Source: Octopus vulgaris (lineage: Eukaryota). Taken from it: a DNA stretch of 64,000 nt. A model generated the notes under the pieces. That model saw only the letters and a list, made by a program, of their open reading frames with translations, was not told the origin of the DNA and made no database searches. Shown here one piece after another: positions 29,097 through 41,129 of this stretch. The first letter of the stretch is position 1. Every line of letters begins with the position of its first letter. Made by a program: the position numbers and the translations under genes. The stretch lies in the NCBI GenBank assembly GCA_951406725.2, contig OX597830.1:38750001-38814000 (forward strand). Reading direction: 5' to 3'.

Positions 29097-30975
29097 GTAT
29101 ATATATAGTGAAAACCATATAAGGGAAACAATTATTCACTTTAAATACATTTTTATGCCTTGATTATGCATGAACTGACGATTGGAAAGTGCATCATGTA
29201 CACTACCTATGAAATCATATGATTTGCAGCTGAATCAGTTTGAAAGAGACGATTTTCAAGTTGCATTCCCTCGCTGTCAGTACATTGTATATTTATTACG
29301 GTAATTTTGACATTAAGAGTCCCTCTATTGCGTGAAGCCGTTACGTGTATTAATACCCTCAATATAATATATGTATTTAAAGAGAATAATTAGAAAAGTT
29401 TCCCCTATATGTTTTTCACGCTGACTACTTGATAAATTCTTATATAGATTTTATCCTATATTTAACCGGAATATATTCAGTGCTGAATTATTCGGAATAT
29501 ACATGTGCACCGAGATGTCATTTGAAAGGTCTGCTTCTTACATAGATATATAAGTGTGAACATTTCTATGTGCTATGTTAGATACATTTGGTGTTCGTCT
29601 TGTATGCTGACGACATACATACTTACATACATACATACATACATATGTATGTATTCTAATCCTCTTCCTTAATTAAGAGTGCTTAATCCTTGTTGTTGTT
29701 ATACAAGCACTAGATAACAACTCACAAGAGAAAACAAGTGACCAGTCTATTTTTATAACATACATTCCTGTGTTTCACTTCTGAAACCTCATTCTCTGTA
29801 TAATCAACATTTCAGGGATCAAATTGTTTCTAAGAAAAAACAACGTTTCAATAAAACTATGTATGTAATATTTTTGCGCCAAGTTTCATTCCTACCACGC
29901 AAACGGAATCGTAGAATGTCCACTCGCAATACTTGTAATATGTTAGACTAAACAATATTCAAACGGTCTTTAAGATATGAAAGATGATTGTGCTTAAGTT
30001 TGAATTTAGAATATATGAAATATATTAAAGAAGAAAGAAATAAAAACATCTGGATAATTTTCTTCAGAGAGGACGAAATGCAATTCTCAATGTTTACTCG
30101 CTTGTTGGAGTGAAAGGCTCATAAAATCCAGTGTTGTTTGAAGAAGATGACACATTTGAGAATATTTATTGGAAAATGAATTTTACATTTCTATATATAA
30201 TCTTATAACAATATCTCCAGTGTAAAATGATCATATTTGTGTAAGGTTTGTTTAGAACACAAATGGGAAAAAAACATCGTTAAAATTAATCTGAAGGGAA
30301 TATTTGCGTAAGGAACGATGGAAATAAATATTAGGATAGATCTTTATAATATATTCCAGAAAATGAAAACCTATTTTCATGTGTTGCATATTGCTGTAAA
30401 CCACTCTTAAACCTTTTATAAATATATTTGCGGATATATTAGCAGCTCCCATTCCCAACATAACATTTAGTGCTCAGCCTATAAAAAACATATTTGCTGT
30501 GTGTATCACAAAAATATATTTCAAAACCACAGTTGAGTTTACATTCCATTGAGACATTGTTCAGAATATTTAGGCGCTAGGTTGATCACCTTATAAGCAC
30601 TGATAAAGCTTTCAGATTCAGGAAAAATATATGAAGCTCTCAAAAAAATTAAGTGAATTCAAGAATTGAATCACAGCAATTAAGTTGAGGAATAATATGA
30701 CTAAATGTAAAGCATAAATTAGAAAAGAGGATGAACATTTGCGCAAATTTCCCACTGTCATACAAATATACACTTTTTATACATCTGTCGACATATACGC
30801 TGAAGCTCGAAAAGGTTGAAACGAAATAGAGTGAAACTTGCCTTTGTTATAAAGTCTCTTTCATATGATGTTTATGAAAACGTCAAAGAATAAGTTGCAA
30901 TTGCCGATCGATATACTGTTGTCGATTGGTACTCAACGTACTTTACCCGTTATATCATACATGCATACATGCATA

Positions 30976-31169
30976 CGAGGTGTGCAAAAAGTTCCTGGCT
31001 CTGAGGTTATCGCGAAACACTTGGTTGGAGGCCAACCTTCCGAGTTTTTTCACAGAAAGGCCGTTGCAGTAAGCGCATAAGAGAGGGAAATATATTGAAT
31101 AAAATCAAAATAGACTGGTCCTGCTGTATTTTCTTTGACCCAAAACCGGGATCTTTTCAGAACCCCTCC
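30976..31169. mobile_element. Mariner-type MITE
   Basis: TA|CGAGGTGTGCAAAAAGTTCCTGG ... CCGGGATCTTTTCAGAACCCCTCC|TA degenerate TIRs with TA flanks. Confidence 0.7.
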
Positions 31170-31944
31170 TATGCATATTATGTATGTATGTATATAAACT
31201 TCCCACCAACTCCAACCCGAAATCTTTGTATCAATCGTCCTTCTCTACATTTGAAGAAAATCATTGAAGAAAATATGTGGTACGAAGAGAGTATAAGGAA
31301 AGATACCTTAAACAGATATTACACAGACCACTCCTCTTATAATAAGAAACTATCCGTCATGATATTTATACGTTACTAGATACTTGTCAGTTGTTCTATA
31401 GAGCAATTCAACTCAATAGACATTGAAATCTCTAAGCTTCTGACATCTACGATAGATTTCATTTGGAACAATAAAGGTAACATACATTACAACATTACAG
31501 CTGCAAAGTAAGACGGCAGGGATCGAGATCAGTAGAGACAGCTAACCAGTGCTACATGATGTCGGCGAGAAAGCATCGTTAGTATATGGGTGCTTGTACA
31601 AACCGACATAGCTTGTCAAGCAAGGCGGTCAAACCCAGACGCACAGATTCACAAAAGCATCTCTAAATATATATGAGGTATTTTCATGCAGTTTCCGTCT
31701 TCTAAATTCACTCGCAAGACCGAGTTAGCAAAAGAACTTTGCTTCATAAGTCTCACTGGAAGGGAAACCAAAATCCCATGGCTTCCGAAGTGATCTTCTC
31801 AACCACACAATATTACCTGGTAACAATTTAATGCTGTTCTTATCTCCGTTGCAATGATGGAGCTTTTGTCACTTTTTGAGGACTAGCCCTTTCTAGATTT
31901 TCTAATACATATTGTATGTGTGTGTGTGTGTGGTGTATATATAC

Positions 31945-31992
<48 letters not shown>

Positions 31993-32267
31993 TCTCACAT
32001 GCACGCACGCAAACACAACCACACACATATGTGTGTATGTGTGTGCGTAGGAAAAATAGAAGTTGAAAATGCACTAAGAATAGTTAAAATAAACCCAACA
32101 TTTGTTTCTGTATTTAATGTACATAATGTACTTTAAACACTTTATATATTGATTTGTCTAATTTGTGTATCCTTACATTCACCTCTACATTCATCTATCC
32201 TTACATTCACTCTTGAGCACTACTACGTGTATTCTATATAGAGAACATTTGGATATCATCTATGAGG

Positions 32268-32307
<40 letters not shown>

Positions 32308-32313
<6 letters not shown>

Positions 32314-32573
32314 CAAAATAAGCAACAAGAATAACTCCGGTAATTTGGTACGATCGTTTCGCACTACATCATTTTATTAAATGTTGTAAGTATTACAACA
32401 AAACTGTTGTAATACTTAGAACATTTAATAAAATGATGCAGTGCGAAACGATCGTACCAAATTACCGGAGTTATACTTGTTGCTTATTTTGATTATAATC
32501 ACCCCATGGATTTGTATGGATTACACCATAAAGAATTCTGGTGCATCTAACTTAAGTACCATATTCATTTGAA

Positions 32574-32575
<2 letters not shown>
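32308..32575 (+). mobile_element. Fold-back PLE remnant (inverted partial pLTR + pLTR end + tail) in (TA)n
   Basis: 93-bp arms 32308-32400 / 32405-32497 with 3 mismatches; right arm plus tail is homologous to the PLE end at 61478-61670. Confidence 0.85.
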
Positions 32576-32620
<45 letters not shown>

Positions 32621-32626
<6 letters not shown>

Positions 32627-33000
32627 GGAGTTAAACGCAGGTGTTATTCAAATGTTTATATTTCCGACATATGTTTCGAAGAAAACATTAGTATTACTCC
32701 AGCGTTCCCTTGATCATGTATGCAGTAATCACATTCGGTTGAAATATCTTATTGATGCGTTTTCTTTCTCTTTTTTTCCTCTGATGAGAAGATTACATTG
32801 TTTTACATCATTTTATATCTTCTAGAATAATACCAAATGTCGAAAATATAAAGATTTGAATAACACCTGCGTTTAACTCCATTTATTTATTTATCTACGT
32901 GATCCAAAAGCATTTTACTAAAGCCTGGAATTTCTACATTTAAAATTAGTTTGTTACATCCTTGGTACTTATGTGGATTTTTGTTACCCTGGTAACTATT
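32621..33000 (+). mobile_element. Fold-back PLE-type remnant with split hammerhead motif
   Basis: Arms 32621-32670 / 32837-32886; CTGATGA-GAAGAT..ATCTTC on the + strand and CTTC-GAAACATATGTC-GGAAA on the - strand. Confidence 0.7.
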
Positions 33001-33834
33001 TATTTATGTTTTCCGTGTCATTTTTAAATATTAGAAAAAATTCACATACATTTATATATTTAAAAAAATATATATGTATCTATGTATGTATGTGTGTATG
33101 TGTGTATGTGTGTATGTGTGCGCGTGTATGCGTAATATTTCAGAGCAATGAGTATATGTCAATTAGTGAGCTGATAGCTTGAGTAAATATATTAAGACAA
33201 ACGTCACTGCTTCAATAACTAATGAAGTAGAAGTAATACATTGATTTAGATATCTCACACACTGAGATTGAAGGATGTGCGTGTGTGTGTTGGCGCGTAT
33301 GTATGTACATGTGTGTGCTTGTATATAAACATATGAACTGCTAAGCCAAGACGTGTATATGTACGTTTGGACTTACTGGCGTATGAGCGCAAAGGTATAA
33401 GTACGTATGTATGAACGTACGACTGATGCTGTATCAATATGTGGGCATGTATGTGAATGCAGGTATATACTGATATACGAGCGCACATGTATGTGTGCGT
33501 GTACAAGTGCGTGTGTGTGCAAGTTCATGTGTATATATATATAAATATATATATATTTATATATATACATATATATATAAATTTAAATGTGTTTATCACA
33601 GGTGATAACTGGATTAACTATTGATATAGCTCATTTCAATATGTATACACCACCTGCTTAAACCTATAATCTTAAAGTATCTGTGATTACGGAATTTTAA
33701 TATCATTATTCAACAGGTCTCATATATATCACCCTCTTCTTTACTTTTTTCCATTGGCCTTTCCTCGCTTTAAACTTAATGTAATTTTCCTCTACCGGCC
33801 TCAAACTATCAATATTACTTCCCCTTGATACTAC

Positions 33835-33985
33835 AGCCAGTTGGCAGAAACGTTAGCACCATAGTCCAAGTTCTTAGTAATATTTCGCCCGTGTTTAGGT
33901 TCTGAGTTCAAATTCTGCCCAGGAATCCTTTACGATGAAAATTTCCCCCAAAATTTCGGGCCCTGTGCCTAAACTAGAAAAGATT
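33835..33985 (+). mobile_element. SINE family A, internally deleted
   Basis: TGGCAGAAACGTTAGCAC and TCTGAGTTCAAATTCTGCC motifs. Confidence 0.75.
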
Positions 33986-34394
33986 ACTTTCCCTTGATAA
34001 AAGCAGTTTCATCCTTTCTTATTATTATATCTTTACTTTTTTCCATCATTTGCCTTCCATCATGCTGGAGCACATTTTATATATTTAATTTTATTTCGGT
34101 TTTTATGTATACATTTTTTATTTTATTTCTCATGGACAATAAACATAGCATTGGCAATACATCGTTCCCTAAATGAAGCAGGCAAATAACAACATGACTG
34201 CCCCAAATCAAAATGTTTAGCGTGATACCACTTTATGTATGAATGTACCTGGTGTGACCCAAACTGCAAAATTGATGCAACACAGTATGATCCACAGCTT
34301 CCCAACTATAAAGGAGAGTTGTAGGCCAGGTTAATATGATCGTCGTACAAACTAGTTAAACCAATTCCATCTTCTCTTTATCTATCTATCTACC

Positions 34395-34720
34395 TATCTA
34401 TCTATTTATCTAGGTCGTCCCACAGGACGCCCCAAAACGGTTTCCACATGTTTTCCCCATTTATCTCGATTCTTCCATAATGGTCCTCAACTCCTGTACC
34501 CCTTCCATACCAGTATCTCCCAGCAATTTGTCTTCCTTCTTCGTCTCCGGGTTCTTCCTGCCATTGGTTGCCAGAAAACTAGCTTGTTAGCAATTTCATC
34601 GGTGTGTCTCATGCAGTGTCCAGTTATCTTGTACCCAATGTCCAGTATCCAGTGTCCAGCTGTCCTTCTATCCTGTATTTTCAATGTTACTTTTGGTATA
34701 CGAAAGCTGCCCGTGGGGAA
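34395..34720 (-). mobile_element. RTE-clade LINE 3' fragment
   Basis: RTAGH...GHCMRHTDEIANKLVFWQPMAGRTRRRR matches the RTE C-terminal GH..R...W.P..G.R.RGR motif; followed by a (GATA)n-like tail. Confidence 0.7.
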
Positions 34721-34789
34721 ACCTTTTTTTCAATAACCAATATTCATATACTATTATTTATAGGTTTATGTGTGATTGGAAACCAATAT

Positions 34790-36843
34790 CACTGTGCAAC
34801 ACTCAAAAAAGTACAAGAGATGTGTGGCCATTTCTATATGCAAAATGACATGGGAAATTCATTTCTGGCCTTTTTTTTTGCTGAATTAGGCATGGTTTCT
34901 ACAGAATTGTCACTGTATCCCCTTTTTGTCATTATTGTTAAATAAAGCTCTCTACCACATTGTAAAATGGGTTTCAACCCAGGGCTAGAAACCAATCTTA
35001 ATAGCACCTACAATTCGAATCTTGTGTTTGATGTTATTTTTTATCTTTCAGATCTTATTTGTTTTCAACAATGGGTGCAAGACAGTGCAAAAATGATCTA
35101 AACAGGTTCTGTTATATCTGTGGGGAATTGACTTTTGCTATATCAAGAAAATATACAAGGTGTACTTCGATTGTTACTTAGGAGACCAGGATTAGTCATG
35201 GGCTCCTCATGTGTGTTGCCTTACATGTGTGAATACATTGAGTGCCTGGTATGCAGGAAAAAATATGCACATGATGTTTGCCAATGATTTGGCGTGAGCA
35301 GAAAGATCACTCTAATGATTGCTATTTCTGTCAAAATGACTTTAGAGGCTGTACTAATCAGCAATGCGCCCAGTAGAGCACTCAGAAAATTTACCTGTGC
35401 CCAAACCTCCAGATCAAGAAATGCAGAGTTCCAGCAGTGCTGATGAACATTCCCGCGGTGAATGTTTGGAGCCCAATGATCCAGAAAGCGAGAATAAACT
35501 AATACGATTTTCTCTAGAGGCTCTAGAGAAGGGATCTCTAACGAAAAGCAAAAGCGAGTTTCTGGCATCAAGGCTTCAAGAACGTAATCTTCTTGAGAAA
35601 AGAGTGACGATAACACTGTACAGAGAACGTACAGAGGATCTGCTTGCATTATTCACCATGAAGGATGACATGCTTTTGTAATGACATCGCTGAACAACTA
35701 GCGACTTTTCATAAAATCCATCCAAGGACAGTACAACATCAAAGCTGTTCTGCTAGACAATGGTAACACTCTGCCTTCTGTTCTCATAGCTTATAGCACA
35801 ACTATGAAAACATCATATGAAAATCTGAAAGCAATTCTAACATGCATGCAGTATGATGACCATACCAGGCATATTTGTGCACATTTTAAGGTTGTAGCCA
35901 TGCTTACTGGCCTTCATCTTGGCTATACTAAATTCTGCTGCTTCCTGTGCTTATGGAATTCTAAGGCAAGAGCTGAACATTATGTACGCAAGGATTGGCA
36001 GATCTGAGATGAAATTGAGCAAGGAAAACAACATCATGAACAAACCACTTGTGAAAAGTGATAGAATATTTTTTACCACCTTTGCATATTAAATTTTGTT
36101 TCTTTAAGCAATTTGTGAACGTTTTGGACAAGGAATCCTCTGCACTTGCATACCCGTCAAGCTAAAACTAAATAATGTTTCTTCATAGGTCCACAAATTC
36201 AAAAAAGTTTTACTTGATGAAACCTATATCACACATCTCAAGAGAAAAGAGAAGCTTGCCTTTAAGTCATTGAAGAAAGTTTGTGATAACTTCCTGGGCA
36301 ACCGTCGTTCAGAAGACTATGTGCAAGTTTTGAATGGTCATTATCATGATATGGGATGTAACATGTCTCTAAAAGTTCATGTGGTTCACTCCCATTTGGA
36401 TTTTTTGCGGAAAATCTTAGTGATGCGAGTATGAACATGGCGAAAGATTATATCAGGATATTTCAGCGATGGAGCGACGGTTCAAAGGAATATGGAACCC
36501 TGGCATGTTGGCAGACGACTGCTAGGGTATAATAAAAGTAGATCACACTCAGCACGAGAGATTGAGAAGGACAAAGTTGTTTAAACTGATAGGTGTGTTT
36601 TTATTTCATAACCAATATATGTTTTGTTATACCAACTAAATTTTTGTTTTGCTGTATTTGCAATGGTGTGTTCAATACGCAATGTTATGCAGTATATTAT
36701 AAAACATATGGTTCATGGTACAGGACATCGGTGCCTAATCTGGAGAAATAAAGGTCAGAATCAGAATAAGGATAGTTTTTTGACCCAGAAACAAGTCTTA
36801 CTTAACTTGTACTTTTTTTGAACCTGCAATTTGTTGCACAGTG
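34790..36843 (+). mobile_element. Full-length Chapaev3-type (CMC superfamily) DNA transposon
   Basis: Ends CACTGTGCAACA..AAAAAAGTACAAG / CTTGTACTTTTTT..TGTTGCACAGTG; 3-bp TSD TAT on both sides. Confidence 0.85.
35071..36590 (+). pseudogene. Chapaev3-type transposase, multiply frameshifted
   Basis: CKNDLNRFCYICGE, LGDQD*SWAPHVCC, PMIWREQKDHSNDCYFC, SEFLASRLQE, GYTKFCCFLCLWNSKAR, LPPLHIK, MGCNMSLKVHVVHSHLDF, EHGERLYQDI motifs. Confidence 0.88.
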
Positions 36844-37591
36844 TATTCGAAATAGAATTATTTCACGTTGTCTCGAAATTTAATAGAATTCGTATGACGT
36901 TAGCAATTTATGTGTGTGAGTGTGTGAGTGTGCGCCTCCACACACGCCTGCGTGCGTTTGTGTGTGAAAGGTGAAACAAAATAAAGTCATCATAAATACT
37001 TGACTATTTCGATTACATTTACAACTCCACCAGCACTAGCTGAATGTCTGCTAAATAAAAATCATAAAATATAATTTATCACTTATGACTCTAAGCGTTC
37101 AATCAAGATGAATTTAATACTGTATTTACGTACAAACCTGTAAATCATGAATAATTCATCGTCCAAACTGCATTTTTAGCAGTGAGTTTCTAGATTTACC
37201 ATTATACAGACAGTCATTAGTGTTTTATTACGATTTGCAGATATCAAAACAGTGTCAGTATGTAACTGCTTGCTCTAATCGAATTAACTTCACTAGGTTT
37301 AAGCAAAATTAAATTATTTTCACATATATGTGGTACATTTCGAAGCATTTATGAAGTTATGTTCCATCAATATATTTACTAAAATATATGCTCAGATGTA
37401 GAAAGAGAAAATTTCTATGGAGGCGTTATTCTATTTTTATATTTCTGCATCTTAATAATGGAAATGAAAATGTTACATTACCAGAATACATGAAGTTCGA
37501 CCTACATTTTCAAAAGCATACAAACATAAAAAGATTCAACTCTATTGTAAGACATATCAAAGTACAATAGTCATCCATATATATATGTATG

Positions 37592-37684
<93 letters not shown>

Positions 37685-38232
37685 ATACATATATATATGT
37701 GTGTATGTGTGTATGTGTAGATAGATTCTGTCAAAGATATAGCAGCAGAATCAATGTAAATAGTTAAGATCCGTTGGTGATATGGATATGTTTAAGCAGT
37801 TTGTCCTTTCTGTTTGAAGTCTGTGCAGCCCTCTGAAGAAAACAACATTTTTGCATTGAGGTAATATTTTCATCAATCAATTAAATGTGTCGTTTGAAAC
37901 GATCGTAATGAATCGACACCTGTACATCTTTGGTACTCATAATTTATTCACCTTCCCTCCTTCCCTGGATTCTGCATTTCGGAAATATTATAGAAAGTAT
38001 CTTTATAAAAAGTACATGTCTCAACAATTCCGATCAGATATCTTCAGTAGGTTGGGTCCCGTTGTCTGCGTGCACTACAAGAATATCGGATGTAAATACT
38101 CCCGAACCAAGTTTAATATTCACCTCTTGTTGTTTGCGTGCGCAGATTATTTTGACTTAATAACGTGTCTTAATTTAAGTACCTAATTCAACTGAATCTT
38201 AATTGTATTTCATATATGTATATTTATTTATG

Positions 38233-38413
38233 TCTGTAAATATATGTGACAATTATTCGGTAGCCATAAAACTCCGAGGATTATCATGGCCGAATAACTG
38301 AGGAGATGGCGGCATGGGTTTCCGCCCCGACATCCGAAACTCGGAGTTTTATCTTGGCTACTGAATAATTGTCAATATATTATACTTACAGATAAATTCC
38401 TCTAGTTACAATA
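38233..38413 (+). mobile_element. Short fold-back PLE-type remnant with hammerhead
   Basis: Arms 38233-38278 / 38340-38392; adjoins a (CATA)/(TA) tract. Confidence 0.7.
38292..38353 (+). ncRNA. Minimal type I hammerhead motif (slightly imperfect)
   Basis: AUAA-CUGAGGA-GAUG...CAUC-C-GAAA-CU-CGG-AG-UU-UUAU; one extra C before GAAA. Confidence 0.65.
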
Positions 38414-38445
38414 CACACAAACATACATATATATACATACATACA

Positions 38446-38481
<36 letters not shown>

Positions 38482-39182
38482 TATATATACACATATATAT
38501 ATTTAATTTACATACATACATATACATATATATATACACATATATATATATTTCATTTTAGTTCTTAACTATACGGTTTTTGTAAGTTATTAATGAGATT
38601 AAATCTAATTTTACAGTATAAATATATATTAAATTAAAGATAAAACCCATTATTAGGCAAATCAAACAGTAAAAAACATAAACCAAAACATAGACATAAA
38701 ATTAATTAATATAATATACAAAATATAAAATATAAAATTCAAAATTTAAATAATTTTATATACATATACACACACACACAGACACACACACACATATATA
38801 TATATATATACATATCGCCTTTGGAGGCACAACTAAATCTCATAATGTAAGGAAGCGGTCATATAATCAAATACCTGCAGGCCTGCAGAGTTATGTTACA
38901 TGGAAACCTTAGTGACTAAAATATATATGTCCAACCATATCCCATCTTGTTGACTCCAATTTTTTTATTATCTATTCACGCACGACATAAGCTTTAGTAC
39001 TAACCTGGAAATACGTATAATACTGCTACTGCTTGGCAAGTGAAGGTGGATGAGCTTTATATTGTAGTGTACTGCACTGCTTTCTTAACAGAGCATACCA
39101 TAACTATATAACTGTCCGACTAACGGGAGCGTAAACTCTGAGTAACATATTTCTAATGATATTTTTGCTGCTTTTTAATAAA

Positions 39183-39214
<32 letters not shown>

Positions 39215-39216
<2 letters not shown>

Positions 39217-39445
39217 CTCTGATCATCGTGACCGACCAGGCTATCAGATGTTCCTACACATCTCTGGTCACAATGCGCTTCGCATTATTTTAGCCTTCAA
39301 ATGACGCCACCCCGTTGGCTAAGCGAGCTGGCCAACAGAAGAAAAAAGTGAGAGAAAGTTGTGGCGAAAGAGTACAACAGGGATCGCCACCACCACCCAG
39401 CCGGGCCACGTGGAGCTTTAGATGTTTTTGCTCAATAAACGCTCA
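39215..39445 (-). mobile_element. SINE family B, 5'-truncated, in (TA)n
   Basis: Close match to 45261-45490. Confidence 0.9.
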
Positions 39446-39653
39446 TATAAACACAAACGTGCTCACATATTTATATATGTGTGTATGCATATATATACAT
39501 GTATTAACTTACATGTAATATATATATATATATATATATACAAAATTTAAAAGACTGACCGCTAAAAGTGGACAGTTAATATGCTAGATATAGACATCAA
39601 AACCGCTATTTTCCAAAACCGCGATTATAAATATACGAAATAAAAACGATTAC

Positions 39654-39728
39654 CTATGTACTAATTAGTTTCACTTGTTAATATTCACGTATATGTATAG
39701 GCGAGCATCTGCAAGATCACCAGCATAG
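39654..39728 (-). ncRNA. Degenerate minimal hammerhead (A6G) in a (TA)n-flanked PLE-type remnant (39541-39900)
   Basis: CUAUG-CUGGUGA-UCUUG...CAAGU-GAAA-CUAAUUAG-UA-CAUAG: 5-bp stem I, palindromic stem III, one core mutation. Confidence 0.65.
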
Positions 39729-39898
39729 TCTGTCGTTTGCAAATACAATTTCCAGAACTGGATATAGAATGCTTGACCGAAATCCCGCATGCATAGAGTT
39801 TAACAAATTATGTTTATGTGTATCTTTCAAATGCCTTCATTTTGGCGCGTTGAGATCGGAAATCTACTCTGCAGTTAATAAATTACAGCAGTCAAATG

Positions 39899-39943
<45 letters not shown>

Positions 39944-39946
<3 letters not shown>

Positions 39947-40396
39947 AAACAAGTCAAAAATAGAAAATACTAAGATGATTTTATAGTGAATCTTTCAGTA
40001 CCGGTTTCGGTCATTTTGAGACCTTTTCAACTGTAACGATTAAATAATTAAATTTAGAAAAATTAGAAGAAAAGTTTTTTTAAAAGAATATTTCTGTAGT
40101 AGTGTTCTGATATAAGTAGCATTCTGCCTTTCTCTGACTCCCTTGTTTGCACTTGTTTGCAAGGGAGTCAGAGAAAGGCAGAATGCTACTTATATCAGAA
40201 CACTACTACAGAATTATTCTTTTAAAAAAACTTTTCTTCTAATTTTTCTAAATTTAATTATTTAATCGTTACAGTTGAAAAGGTCTCAGAATGACCGAAA
40301 CCGGTACTGAAAGATTCACTATAAAATCATCTTAGCATTTTCTATTTTTGACTTGTTTTTTAATATATATCAACTCGTGTGTTCCTTTCCACCCTT

Positions 40397-40400
<4 letters not shown>
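39944..40400 (+). mobile_element. Fold-back PLE-type remnant, ~202-bp near-perfect arms plus ~39-nt tail, in (TA)n
   Basis: 39944-40145 is the inverted repeat of 40160-40361 with a 14-nt loop; each arm carries a hammerhead-like motif. Confidence 0.85.
40269..40312 (+). ncRNA. Minimal hammerhead with U3:A8 core variant (mirror copy at 39993-40036, minus strand)
   Basis: UUACAG-UUGAAAA-GGUC-UCAGAAU-GACC-GAAA-CCGG-UA-CUGAAA. Confidence 0.7.
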
Positions 40401-40468
<68 letters not shown>

Positions 40469-40527
40469 CGGAGATGTACTCGCATAGCAAGTAATTTGAT
40501 CTGAGATCGTGTGCTGAAACGAAAACA

Positions 40528-40569
<42 letters not shown>

Positions 40570-40975
40570 GTGAAATAGAAAGATGAATAATCTTGTAGTA
40601 GATTAATCAAAAGTTTAACCGATACCTTAGTAGCAAAAATCACAGCAGTAAACTGTATATGTATACACTTATTAACTTACATGTAATATATATACACACA
40701 CACATATAGGGGAGAATTCACAAAAAAAACAAAAGGCAGGTGGTATAGGCAACAAACAGATGTATTAGTTTAACTCTCGGGAAGCGAAAAGGTCTTTAAC
40801 GTTTCATGCCGATGCTCTTCCACAGAAAGGAACACAGCAAGAAGCAAGGAGAGAAAATAAAGAATGTGTAGTGGCTAGAGATCTATCATGGCGAATGCCA
40901 GACATGCATATCTATATACATTCACTTATATATAATTATATGTATTATATATATATATATCTTTGCACACATAAC

Positions 40976-41024
<49 letters not shown>

Positions 41025-41079
41025 TTGCACACATAACTAATTAAATGTATAAATATGAATATATATGTGTGTGAAATGA

Positions 41080-41129
<50 letters not shown>

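Noticed and set aside
40961-41042. CTTTGCACACATAACTAATT repeated around a (TA)n run
   Set aside because: Best explained by slippage duplication or local assembly redundancy; only two units, not an array.
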